Shown: positions 10,619 to 19,350, numbered from the stretch's first letter. The stretch is 30,286 bases of DNA from an uncultured Actinomycetes bacterium (GCA_903953195.1 CAJBIS010000274.1:1-30286); one strand, 5' to 3'. Notes: a model not told the origin generated them from the sequence alone. Translations and numbers: made by a program.

Positions 10619-13021
10619 ATGGACAAGTTCCTGACGTTCACGATCGCCGGTCTGTCGTCGGCGGCCATCTACGCCATCGCGGCCTCGGGTCTGGTGGTGA
10701 CGTACACCACCTCGGGCATCTTCAACTTCGCCCACGGCGCCTTCGGCATGATGGCGGCGTTCACCTACTGGCAGGTGCACGTCGCGTGGGGTGTGCCGAC
10801 CATCCCCGCGGTCATCCTCGTGGTCTTCGTGATCGCACCGATCTTCGGGGCGGTGATCGAGCGCGTCATCATGCGCGGCATCGAGGGCGCGTCGGACGTC
10901 GTGAAGATCGTCGTGACGGTCAGCCTGATGGTGGCGCTCCTCGGCATCGCACAGGTGATCTGGCCCCAGAACGTGTCCCGGCCGGTCCCGCCGTTCTTCG
11001 AGGGCCGCTTCGTCGAACTGTTCGGCGTCCGGGTGCCGTGGGCCCGGTTGATGGCGCTGGTCATCGCGCTCGTCGTCGCCGGCGGACTGAAGCTGCTCTT
11101 CACCCGCACCCGGCTCGGCATCGCGATGCGGGCCGTCGTCGACGACCGGTCCCTGCTGCAGCTCAACGGCGGTCGCCCCGGCCGGACCGCGATGCTCTCG
11201 TGGGGACTGGGCGCGGGGCTCGCGGCCATCTCGGGCGTGCTCTACTCGACCGAGCAGACGCTGTCGGCCATCACGCTCACCCTGCTGGTCGTCAACACCT
11301 ACGCCGTGGCGGTGGTCGGTCGACTCCGCAGTCTGCCCGGCGCGTTCCTGGGCGCGGTGATCCTGGGACTCGCGCAGTCGTACGTGACCGGCTACATCAA
11401 CCCGGGACTCACGATCGGCCCGATCGCGCTCGGGAACCTGGCGGCGGCGCTCCCCGCCATCATGTTGTTCATCGTGCTGTTGGTGCAGCCGGAGGAGCGG
11501 CTCCGGGCCCACGGCGTCGAGCGCCCGCGGAACCCGATCCGGGTGCCCTCGCAGACCGTGGCCATCGTCGGCGGCGTGGCGCTCGTGGTGGTGCTCGCCG
11601 CGCTCGGTTCGCTGATGTCGGCGTCGGACCTGGTGCTCGTGACCAAGGGCGCCGGGATCGCACTGGTGACGTTGTCGTTGGTTCCGCTGACCGGGTACGC
11701 CGGACAGATCTCGCTCGCCCAGATGACGTTCGTCGGGATCGGTGCCGTGGCCATGGCCGCCTGGGGTGCGAGCGGTTCACCGCTGGCGGTCGTGCTCGTC
11801 GTCGCCGTCTGTGCCGTGGTCGGGGCGGTGGTCGCGCTCCCGGCGTTGCGGCTCTCGGGCATCTACCTGGCGCTCGCCACGGCGGCGTTCGCGCTGTTCT
11901 GCACCGCCATGTTCTTCAACCAGCAGACCATCATCCGCGCCGGTTCGGTGCAGGTGCCGCCGCTGTCCTTCGGGCCGTTGTCGATCAACACCGACTTCCG
12001 GCAGCTGGTGCTGACCGCCATCGTGTTCGCCCTGCTGGGCAACGGGCTCGTGTGGCTGCGGCGCAGCGCCTGGGGTCGACGGCTGACGGCCATGAAGGAC
12101 TCGCCGGTGGCGTGTGCGACGCTCGGCCTCAATCTGACGTCGACCAAGGTCGGCGTGTTCGCGCTGTCCGCCGCCATCGCCGGCGCCGGCGGAGCGATGT
12201 CCGGCCGGACGTTCACCGCCGACAGCTTCTCGCTCCCGGCGTCGCTGCCGGTCACGATGCTCGCCGTCGTGGGTGGCATCGGCTCGATCGCAGGTGCCTT
12301 CATCGGCGGCATGCTGCTCGGCGCGATCCCGATCGCCTCGACGATCTTCGCGGCGAACGCCATCGGCATCTTCCGGTTCGTCTCGCTCCCGGTCACGAAC
12401 GTGCTGTCGTTCACCCCCGGGCTCATGGGCATCTCGCTCGGCCGGGAACCCGATGGTGCCGCGCCGCAGATCGCGGTGGGGTACCGGGCGGTGGGGGACT
12501 CGCCGCCCGCGTTGGTGGTGTCGGCGGCCGGCGCCGTCGCACTCTGGGTGGCGACCCGCGTCGGCGTGATCACGAAGTGGTCGTTCTTCGCCGCACTCGT
12601 CGTGTTCGTCGTCGCCGTCGTACCGCTGCTGCCGTTGATCCTCACCCCACGTCTGCCCGAGGACCAGGCCGAGCCGCCACGGCGGGTGGCGTGTGCGATC
12701 TGGTTGGCGCTCGCCACGATCGCCGCGGTGCTGATCCCGTGGGCGACGGCGATCACCTCGAACGGCGTCCGAGTGCTGCTGGTGCTCGTGCTCGCCGCCC
12801 TCTCGGCGAGGGTGGCGATCGGTGTGCTGGGCGTGACGCCGGAACAGCTCCGTCGCCCGCTCCCGCCCTCGCCCGATCTGATCGGTGTGGACCGCCCGCT
12901 GAGCCGGGCCGACGCCATCGAGGCGACCCACATGATGGGACTGACCGAGGACGAGTTCGAGGCCGAGGTGTCCCGAGCCGGTGCCGATGTGGCGGCCGCT
13001 CCGGTGGGGGCGCTCCGATGA
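10619..13021 (+). CDS. Fused LivH-LivM-type ABC permease with extra C-terminal TM segments (800 aa)
   Basis: LivH half has YAIAASGLVVTYTTSGIFNFAHGAF and GIAMRAV. LivM half has TGYAGQISLAQ, GIYLALAT and GRRLTAMKDS. About 180 further residues follow the LivM end. Confidence 0.9.
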   Translation: MDKFLTFTIAGLSSAAIYAIAASGLVVTYTTSGIFNFAHGAFGMMAAFTYWQVHVAWGVPTIPAVILVVFVIAPIFGAVIERVIMRGIEGASDVVKIVVTVSLMVALLGIAQVIWPQNVSRPVPPFFEGRFVELFGVRVPWARLMALVIALVVAGGLKLLFTRTRLGIAMRAVVDDRSLLQLNGGRPGRTAMLSWGLGAGLAAISGVLYSTEQTLSAITLTLLVVNTYAVAVVGRLRSLPGAFLGAVILGLAQSYVTGYINPGLTIGPIALGNLAAALPAIMLFIVLLVQPEERLRAHGVERPRNPIRVPSQTVAIVGGVALVVVLAALGSLMSASDLVLVTKGAGIALVTLSLVPLTGYAGQISLAQMTFVGIGAVAMAAWGASGSPLAVVLVVAVCAVVGAVVALPALRLSGIYLALATAAFALFCTAMFFNQQTIIRAGSVQVPPLSFGPLSINTDFRQLVLTAIVFALLGNGLVWLRRSAWGRRLTAMKDSPVACATLGLNLTSTKVGVFALSAAIAGAGGAMSGRTFTADSFSLPASLPVTMLAVVGGIGSIAGAFIGGMLLGAIPIASTIFAANAIGIFRFVSLPVTNVLSFTPGLMGISLGREPDGAAPQIAVGYRAVGDSPPALVVSAAGAVALWVATRVGVITKWSFFAALVVFVVAVVPLLPLILTPRLPEDQAEPPRRVACAIWLALATIAAVLIPWATAITSNGVRVLLVLVLAALSARVAIGVLGVTPEQLRRPLPPSPDLIGVDRPLSRADAIEATHMMGLTEDEFEAEVSRAGADVAAAPVGALR

Positions 13022-13914
13022 GCGCGTCGTTCCCGACGGCGGCGGCCTCGCCCGTCGCTGCGGCGGCGCCGGCGCTCCGAGTCCGCGATCTGTCGGTGCG
13101 CTTCGGCGGTCACCTGGCCGTCAGTTCCGTCGATCTCGACGTTCCGGCCGGCCGCATCTCCGGGCTGATCGGTCCGAACGGCGCCGGGAAGACGACGACG
13201 TTCAATGCGATCTGCGGTGTGATCACACCCACCTCGGGTCAGGTCGAGCTCGGCGGGGACGACGTGTCGAAGCTCAGCACCCACCAGCGGGCGCGACGGG
13301 GGATCGGTCGGACGTTCCAGCGGCTCGAGGTGTTCTCGTCGCTCAGCGTGCGCGACAACGTCCGAGTCGGCCTCGAGATCCGACAGTCGTGGTCGCGACG
13401 CCGCGCCGCGGCACCGCAGTTCCTGGCGGGCGGCGCCGAGCTGAGCGCCGACGACGAGGTGGCGCTGATCATCGATCGGCTCGGGCTCGTCGAGGTCGCC
13501 GAGGTGCCGGTCGGGTCGCTGCCCACCGGTCAGGCCCGCAAGGTCGAACTCGGCCGGGCGCTCGCCGCTCGACCGAGCGTGCTCCTGCTCGATGAGCCGG
13601 CCTCCGGTCTGGACGAACAGGAGAGCGTCGAGTTCGGAGCGTTGCTCGGCACGCTGGCCGCGTCCGGCCTCGCGATCCTCCTGGTCGAGCACGACATCGC
13701 GCTGGTGATGCGGGTCTGCAGCGAGCTGTCGGTACTCAACTTCGGACAGCTGATCGCGCACGGCACGCCCGAGCAGGTGCAGTCGAACGCCGCGGTGCTC
13801 GACGCCTATCTGGGTGGCGGCGGAAACGATGCGACCGCCGTGGAACGGGCGGCCGTCGACGCCGGGGTGAACGTCTCGGACACCTCGTGGTCGGGACCGG
13901 GAGCTCCGTCATGA
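13018..13914 (+). CDS. LivG-like ABC ATP-binding protein
   Basis: Walker A GPNGAGKTT, GIGRTFQ, LLLDEPASGLD and LLVEHD. ATGA overlap with the permease stop at 13018-13021. Confidence 0.92.
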   Translation: MSASFPTAAASPVAAAAPALRVRDLSVRFGGHLAVSSVDLDVPAGRISGLIGPNGAGKTTTFNAICGVITPTSGQVELGGDDVSKLSTHQRARRGIGRTFQRLEVFSSLSVRDNVRVGLEIRQSWSRRRAAAPQFLAGGAELSADDEVALIIDRLGLVEVAEVPVGSLPTGQARKVELGRALAARPSVLLLDEPASGLDEQESVEFGALLGTLAASGLAILLVEHDIALVMRVCSELSVLNFGQLIAHGTPEQVQSNAAVLDAYLGGGGNDATAVERAAVDAGVNVSDTSWSGPGAPS

Positions 13915-14624
13915 CGCAGGACGCCGCGGCCCCGCTGCTCGAACTGCGTGGTGTACGCGCCGCGTACGGTTCGATCGAGGTGCTGCACGGGGTCGACCTG
14001 GTGGTTCCGCCGGCGTCGGTGGTCGCGCTGCTCGGACCCAACGGTGCGGGCAAGACGACCACGTTGTCGGTGGCGTGCGGGCTGATGAGCCCGACGGCAG
14101 GATCGGTGCACGTGGCCGGTCGCGACGTGACGGGTGTGCCGCCCGAGGTGCTCGCGCAGAAGGGTCTCACGACGATCCCCGAGGGGCGCGGGATCTTCCC
14201 GAACCTGACGGTGCGGGAGAACCTGCAGATGGCGACGCTTGCGGGCGTCGGCATCAAACAGGTCGAGGAGGTCGCGTACGGCCGCTTCCCCCGGCTCGCG
14301 GAGCGTCGCAACCAGATCGCCGGAACGATGTCGGGCGGCGAGCAGCAGATGCTCGCCCTGGCCCGCGGGCTCGCCGTCGACCCGGCGGTGCTGCTGCTCG
14401 ACGAGCTCTCGATGGGTCTGGCGCCGCTCGTGGTCGAGGAGCTCTACGGGATCGTCGCCCAGATCGCCAAGGAGGGCACGTCGATCCTGGTGGTCGAGCA
14501 GTTCGCCAGGACGGTGCTCGGCGTCGCCGACATCGCTGCCATCATGGTGCACGGTCAGGTCCGTCGGGTCGGTGACCCGACGACCGTGGAACAGGAGCTC
14601 TCCGCGGCGTACCTGGGTGGATGA
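13911..14624 (+). CDS. LivF-like ABC ATP-binding protein
   Basis: GPNGAGKTT, PEGRGIFPNLTVRENL, MSGGEQQMLA, LLLDELSMGLAP and VVEQ. ATGA overlap at 13911-13914. Confidence 0.93.
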   Translation: MTQDAAAPLLELRGVRAAYGSIEVLHGVDLVVPPASVVALLGPNGAGKTTTLSVACGLMSPTAGSVHVAGRDVTGVPPEVLAQKGLTTIPEGRGIFPNLTVRENLQMATLAGVGIKQVEEVAYGRFPRLAERRNQIAGTMSGGEQQMLALARGLAVDPAVLLLDELSMGLAPLVVEELYGIVAQIAKEGTSILVVEQFARTVLGVADIAAIMVHGQVRRVGDPTTVEQELSAAYLGG

Positions 14625-14710
14625 GCAAGAATCGTCGAGCCGTCGACGTCGTCGGCACCGAGGCCGACCCGGAACAACGACACATGAAGGATCACGGGAC
14701 ACAGTCATGA
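14621..14710 (+). CDS. Putative 29-aa small ORF (MSKNRRAVDVVGTEADPEQRHMKDHGTQS)
   Basis: Starts in an ATGA overlap with the LivF-like stop and ends in an ATGA overlap with the next start. Not in the ORF track because it is too short. Confidence 0.4.
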   Translation: MSKNRRAVDVVGTEADPEQRHMKDHGTQS

Positions 14711-15318
14711 GCGACACACCGAACCAAGGGGCCGCCTCGGCGGACGGACGGATCGATCAGTTCCGATCCGACATCGACGACCTGAAGATCGCCGGGTCGG
14801 GGCAGGGGGAGCAGCGGCTGCTCGTCGTCGGCATCGTCCTGATGGTCGCGGGCGTCGCGCTCGCGATCCTCGGCGCGGTGCAGGTCGGTGCGTCCGGTGG
14901 ATCACCCGCGGACCAGCGGGCGTACATGGCGCAGGGGTCACTCCTGGGCCTCACGCTGGCCGTCGTCGGCGCAGCGTTGTTCGTTCGCTACTCCTTCGCC
15001 CGCTACCTGCGGTTCTGGCTCATCCGGTCGACGTACGAGGGACGGGCCAACGCGGATCGCGTCGTGTCGGCCATCGAGCGTGCCTCCGGGCTCGAGCCCG
15101 AGGTCGCGCCGGCGCCTGCGCCGACGGCGGCTCCCGCCCAGGCGACCCCCGCTCCCACCTCCGAGCCGGCGACCTACGCGGCGCCCGCGCCTGCCGCTCC
15201 GGCCCCGGCGGCGCCTCCGGTCCATGAGGCCTCGGCCTTCCCGGCGGCGCCGGCGCCGCCCGCAGCCCCGCCCATGTCGGCGCCCTCGATGCCCCCGCCC
15301 GCCCCGCCGTTCGGCTGA
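14707..15318 (+). CDS. Hypothetical membrane protein, 2 TM helices plus a Pro/Ala-rich tail
   Basis: Hydrophobic segments LLVVGIVLMVAGVALAILGAV and LLGLTLAVVGAALFV, then RYLRFWLIRSTYEG, then a low-complexity PAP tail. Start at ATG 14707. Confidence 0.75.
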   Translation: MSDTPNQGAASADGRIDQFRSDIDDLKIAGSGQGEQRLLVVGIVLMVAGVALAILGAVQVGASGGSPADQRAYMAQGSLLGLTLAVVGAALFVRYSFARYLRFWLIRSTYEGRANADRVVSAIERASGLEPEVAPAPAPTAAPAQATPAPTSEPATYAAPAPAAPAPAAPPVHEASAFPAAPAPPAAPPMSAPSMPPPAPPFG

Positions 15319-15363
15319 GCGGATCCGGCGCCGCTCGAACGAGCTGCGCCACCGCCGTCGGAT

Positions 15364-15392
15364 TTGCAGGGACACCCGTCCGCTCCTAGATT
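15364..15392 (+). promoter_or_regulatory. Sigma70/HrdB-type promoter of the atp operon
   Basis: -35 TTGCAG (15364-15369), 17-bp spacer, -10 TAGATT (15387-15392). Confidence 0.7.
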
Positions 15393-15408
15393 GCGAAAAG
15401 CTTCACAA
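15391..15408. promoter_or_regulatory. Putative Rex (NADH/NAD+ sensor) operator
   Basis: TTGCGAA-AAGC-TTCACAA has one mismatch to the Rex consensus TTGTGAA-N4-TTCACAA. It overlaps the -10 and the expected start site. Confidence 0.72.
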
Positions 15409-15474
15409 GCTCCGATCCGGCCCCGGCGCGCTGCGCTGCCGAGGACCCGGGGGAACCCAGTCGAACGCCTGCCG

Positions 15475-15789
15475 ATGCCCCACGACACCGCACCTCTCGC
15501 TGATCGCCCTGCCGCCGCGGACACCCGCGCCGCGGAGCTGACCCAGTCGTTGCATCGGTCGTCCGGTTCGTTCGAATTGGCGTTCGCCCCCGTGATCATG
15601 GCGCTCCTCGGCCTGTGGCTCGATCGCACGCTCGGCACCACGCCGCTCTTCGTGGTCCTGCTCGCCGTCATCGGCGTGGTCGGCGCCGGCATCTCGGTCT
15701 TCTACAGCTACCGGCACCAGATGGCGTCCCTCGAGCGCGGCCCGCTCGTCGCGCCGTCGTCGCCCGCCACCGTTGACGGGGCGGCATGA
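15475..15789 (+). CDS. AtpZ/AtpI-family (ATPase gene 1) 2-TM protein
   Basis: Contains GLWLDRTLGTTPLFVVLL, matching the G..LD...gt.P pattern. First gene of the atp operon. Start at ATG 15475 is uncertain. Confidence 0.75.
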   Translation: MPHDTAPLADRPAAADTRAAELTQSLHRSSGSFELAFAPVIMALLGLWLDRTLGTTPLFVVLLAVIGVVGAGISVFYSYRHQMASLERGPLVAPSSPATVDGAA

Positions 15790-16307
15790 GTTCCGGCGTG
15801 AGCGATCCGCTCGGCGTGCGCGTCGAGGGCCCGTCGCCGGCCATGGCCGTGGCCGTCGACATCGCCAAGCGGGCGATCTGGGTGCTCCCGTTCGCGCTGG
15901 TGATCGCGGCCGGATTCTGGGGAGCCGACGGTGTGTGGTCGACCCTCTACGGCCTGGCGATCGTCGTCGTGAACTTCCTGCTCGCCGGCTGGCTGCTGGC
16001 CGTGGGTGGCCGCATGGGTGCCGCCGCCATGGGTGGAGCCGCGATGTTCGGCTTCCTGCTGCGACTCGGGCTCATCATGGTCGCGGTGCTCGCCGTGCGG
16101 AACGCCTCGTGGGTCGAGCTCGTCCCGCTGGGCCTCACGCTCATCATCACGCACCTCCTGCTGCTGTTCTGGGAGCTCCGTCACATCTCGAGCTCGCTGG
16201 CGTTCCCGGGGCTCAAGCCCCAGCCGACCCCGAACCCGTACCTCCCCGTCCACGATTCCGTCCACGACGATGACGACCCGGTCGTCGCGTCCCCGACGGC
16301 GCCCTGA
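15786..16307 (+). CDS. atpI: ATP synthase protein I
   Basis: Four TM segments with G...vvNF and F.LRL patterns. Directly upstream of atpB, with an ATGA overlap to the previous gene. Confidence 0.8.
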   Translation: MSSGVSDPLGVRVEGPSPAMAVAVDIAKRAIWVLPFALVIAAGFWGADGVWSTLYGLAIVVVNFLLAGWLLAVGGRMGAAAMGGAAMFGFLLRLGLIMVAVLAVRNASWVELVPLGLTLIITHLLLLFWELRHISSSLAFPGLKPQPTPNPYLPVHDSVHDDDDPVVASPTAP

Positions 16308-16321
16308 AGGAGTCACCGTCC

Positions 16322-17143
16322 ATGCCCGGACTCGCGCTGCTCACCGCCCCGATCGCACTCTTCGCCGCTGAGGGCGAAGGTGGAGGGGGGCTGCAGTTCC
16401 CGCCCGTCGAGAACCTGGTCATCTGGCCGGACTGGTTCCTGGCCGACACCCCGTTCGCGTTCAACAAGATCGCGTTCATGTCACTGGTGGCGTTCGTCGT
16501 CCCGGTGATCCTGTTCCTGATCGCCGGTCGCAAGGCCAAGGCGGTGCCGACCGGTCTCCAGAACGTGATGGAGTCCTCGCTCGACTTCATCGAGGTCCAG
16601 GTCATCAAGCCGGCCATCGGCCCCGACGGCATGCGCTACCTGCCGATGCTCATGTCGATGTTCTTCTTCATCTGGATCGGCAACCTCTTCGAGATCATCC
16701 CGACGGCCCACATGCCGGCGAACGCCCGCATGGCCAACCCGCTGATGCTCGCCATCGTGGCCTGGGTGATGTTCATCGGTGTGGGCGTGAAGCACCACGG
16801 CCTCGGCTACTTCAAGGAGGCCCTGTTCCCGCCGGGTGTCCCGAAGGCGCTGTACCTGCTCGTGACCCCGATCGAGCTCCTCTCGACCTTCATCATCCGG
16901 CCGTTCTCGCTGGCCGTCCGACTCTTCGCCAACATGCTCGCCGGCCACATCCTGCTGGTGACCTTCTCGGTGTTGTGCATCACGTTGTGGGGATTCCAGA
17001 TCCTCAACATCGTGAACCTGTTGTCGTTCCCGATGCTGGTGGCCTTCACCGGTTTCGAGTTCATGGTGGCGTTCCTGCAGGCGTTCATCTTCAGCCTGCT
17101 GACCGCCGTCTACATCGGTGGGGCTCTGCACCCCGCCCACTGA
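16322..17143 (+). CDS. atpB: ATP synthase Fo subunit a
   Basis: Motifs VPTGLQN, PIELLS and RPFSLAVRLFANMLAGH (essential Arg), plus LQAFIFSLLTAVYI. Confidence 0.97.
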   Translation: MPGLALLTAPIALFAAEGEGGGGLQFPPVENLVIWPDWFLADTPFAFNKIAFMSLVAFVVPVILFLIAGRKAKAVPTGLQNVMESSLDFIEVQVIKPAIGPDGMRYLPMLMSMFFFIWIGNLFEIIPTAHMPANARMANPLMLAIVAWVMFIGVGVKHHGLGYFKEALFPPGVPKALYLLVTPIELLSTFIIRPFSLAVRLFANMLAGHILLVTFSVLCITLWGFQILNIVNLLSFPMLVAFTGFEFMVAFLQAFIFSLLTAVYIGGALHPAH

Positions 17144-17197
17144 TCCCCCACAGTCGTCGTCGCCGGTGAACGCCGGAGGCGCCCGACCTGACCACAC

Positions 17198-17216
17198 GGC
17201 CACCGCCCGGGTGGCC
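17198..17216 (+). other. Hairpin just 5' of the atpE ribosome-binding site
   Basis: GGCCACC-GCCCG-GGTGGCC forms a perfect 7-bp stem, followed by AGGAG at 17224-17228. Confidence 0.45.
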
Positions 17217-17221
17217 TCTGA

Positions 17222-17539
<318 letters not shown>

Positions 17540-17581
17540 ACCACGGACCCGACGACCCGGCTGCCCGGGTCATCGAGCCGT

Positions 17582-17680
17582 CATCGACACGTCGCCGGGT
17601 GACCGGCGGCGAGACCACCGACACGCTGCCGGGTGACCGGCGGCGAGACCATCGACACACCGCCGGGTGACCGGCGGCGA
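17582..17680 (+). repeat. Three tandem 34-bp units, each containing a GCCGG-GTGA-CCGGC hairpin (REP-like)
   Basis: Units start at 17582, 17616 and 17650. Consensus CAYCGACAC-NNN-GCCGGGTGACCGGCGGCGA(GAC); the third unit diverges after 31 bp. A separate hairpin lies at 17550-17575. Confidence 0.9.
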
Positions 17681-17694
17681 ACGAGGAGTACCGA

Positions 17695-18246
17695 ATGCTG
17701 CTCGCAGCGTTGAACCTGCTGGCCTCCGAAGGAGGCGAGAAGGCGGTCGTGAACCCGGTCGTCCCCGATTCCATCGGGGAGATCTTCTGGGGCACGGTCT
17801 TCTTCTTCCTGCTCTGGATCATGATGCGCTACGTCTGTCTGCCGCCGTTGCTGAAGGTCCGCGACGACCGGAAGAACCAGGCCCAGGCCGACCTCGAGGC
17901 CGCCGCGGCCGCGGAGGCCCAGGCCGAGCAGGTGCGTCGTGACTACGAGGCCACGTTGTCGGAGGCACGCCAGCAGGCGACGCAGACCGTCGACGAGGTG
18001 CGCGCCTCGGCCGACGCCGAGCGGGGCAAGCAGGTGCTCGCGGTCGAGACCGAGATCGCCGAGCAGCGTCAGGCGGCCATGGTCGAACTCGATCAGGCCC
18101 GCAGCACGGCGCTCGGCGCGTTGAAGGGTGATGTCACCGACCTGGCCGCAGCGGCCGCGTCGAAGGTGGTCCAGAGCCCGGTCGATCCGGCGGCGGTGCG
18201 CACCGCGGTCGACGAGTACGTGAACCGCTCCGGCGGATCGAAGTGA
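17695..18246 (+). CDS. atpF: ATP synthase Fo subunit b' (first atpF paralog)
   Basis: Single N-terminal TM (IFWGTVFFFLLWIMM..VCLPPL) followed by a long Ala/Glu-rich coiled coil. SD GAGGAG at 17683-17688. Confidence 0.88.
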   Translation: MLLAALNLLASEGGEKAVVNPVVPDSIGEIFWGTVFFFLLWIMMRYVCLPPLLKVRDDRKNQAQADLEAAAAAEAQAEQVRRDYEATLSEARQQATQTVDEVRASADAERGKQVLAVETEIAEQRQAAMVELDQARSTALGALKGDVTDLAAAAASKVVQSPVDPAAVRTAVDEYVNRSGGSK

Positions 18247-18259
18247 ATCGGAGTCGAAC

Positions 18260-18793
18260 ATGTCGCTACTGACCATCCTCGCCTCGGAGGCCCCGAACGG
18301 GCCGTGGCTCCCCGGTGACCTGAACGAGGTCATCTGGGGCTCGCTCGCCTTCCTCATCGTCTTCGCGCTGCTGTGGAAGTTCGCAAAGGCCCCGGTCGCC
18401 AAGGCACTCGCCGGCCGGACGCAGCGGATCGCCGACGAACTGGGTGAGGCCGAGCAGGCCCGCGTGGCCGCTGAGGCCGAGCGCGACCGCATCAAGGCGG
18501 CGCTCGCCGACTCCGATGCCGAGGCCGCTCGCATCATCGAGGACGCCCGCCAGTCGGCGGACAGCCTCCGCACCGATCTGGCCGCACGAGCCGAGGCCGA
18601 GATCGTGGCGCTCCGCGAGCGGGCCGAGTCCGACCTGGCCACCACCCGCTCGCAGGCCGAGGCCGACCTGTCGGGCGAGGTGTCCCGTCTGGCGCTCGGC
18701 GCCACGGAGCAGGTCGTCCAGTCGACCCTGGACGACTCCGCACAGCAGCGACTGATCGACGACTACATCCGCCAGGTCGGCAACCAGAACTGA
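18260..18793 (+). CDS. atpF: ATP synthase Fo subunit b (second atpF paralog)
   Basis: TM VIWGSLAFLIVFALLWKFA, then R...I..EL..AE coiled coil, ending QQRLIDDYI. Confidence 0.92.
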   Translation: MSLLTILASEAPNGPWLPGDLNEVIWGSLAFLIVFALLWKFAKAPVAKALAGRTQRIADELGEAEQARVAAEAERDRIKAALADSDAEAARIIEDARQSADSLRTDLAARAEAEIVALRERAESDLATTRSQAEADLSGEVSRLALGATEQVVQSTLDDSAQQRLIDDYIRQVGNQN

Positions 18794-18822
18794 CCGGGCA
18801 TCACGAGGACGAACGGAACGAC

Positions 18823-19350
18823 ATGAGCGACACACGAGCCAGCGCCTACGCAGACGCCGCACTCGCCATCGCCTCCGCGGAGGGGAACGTGGCCGAGGTC
18901 ACCGACGAGCTGTTCCGGTTCGGACAGATCGTGCAGGGCAACGAGGAGTTGCGCACGACGCTGAACGACCCGCACCTGCCGGTGGAGAAGCGCAGCCAGA
19001 TCGTCGAGGACGTCCTCGGTGGTCGGGCCACGTCGACGACCGTCTCGTTCGTCTCGATGCTGGTCGCCGCCGGCCGCATCCACGATCTGCCGGCGATCGC
19101 CGAGGAGGTCACCAACCGTTCCGCCGCCTCGAGCGGTGAGACGGTGGCCGAGGTGCGCAGCGCAGTGGCGCTCACCGACGCCCAGATCGCCCAGCTCGCC
19201 GAGGCGCTCTCCGCCCGGACCAACCGGGCCATCACCGTCCGCAACGTCGTCGACCCGTCGGTCCTCGGCGGTGTCGTGACCCGCATCGGCGACTCCGTCC
19301 TCGACGGCACCGTCCGTACCCGACTGAACCAACTCCGAGAGGCCTTCTGA
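18823..19350 (+). CDS. atpH: ATP synthase F1 subunit delta
   Basis: YADA at the N-terminus, AEVRSAVALT, and VDPSVLGGVVTRIGDSVLDGTVRTRL. Confidence 0.95.
   Translation: MSDTRASAYADAALAIASAEGNVAEVTDELFRFGQIVQGNEELRTTLNDPHLPVEKRSQIVEDVLGGRATSTTVSFVSMLVAAGRIHDLPAIAEEVTNRSAASSGETVAEVRSAVALTDAQIAQLAEALSARTNRAITVRNVVDPSVLGGVVTRIGDSVLDGTVRTRLNQLREAF

Noticed and set aside
10786-13017. Apparent 1042-aa protein ending in an ABC ATPase domain
   Set aside because: The first ~740 codons are an off-frame Arg/Pro-rich shadow of the permease. The real gene starts at the ATGA overlap at 13018.
7182-15318. Mobile element or recent horizontal transfer origin for the accessory block
   Set aside because: No integrase, transposase, tRNA, att-like direct repeats or visible shift in base composition.
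17582-17680. Mini CRISPR array
   Set aside because: The units are contiguous 34-bp tandem copies with no unique spacers, and there are no cas genes. Reported as a hairpin repeat instead.
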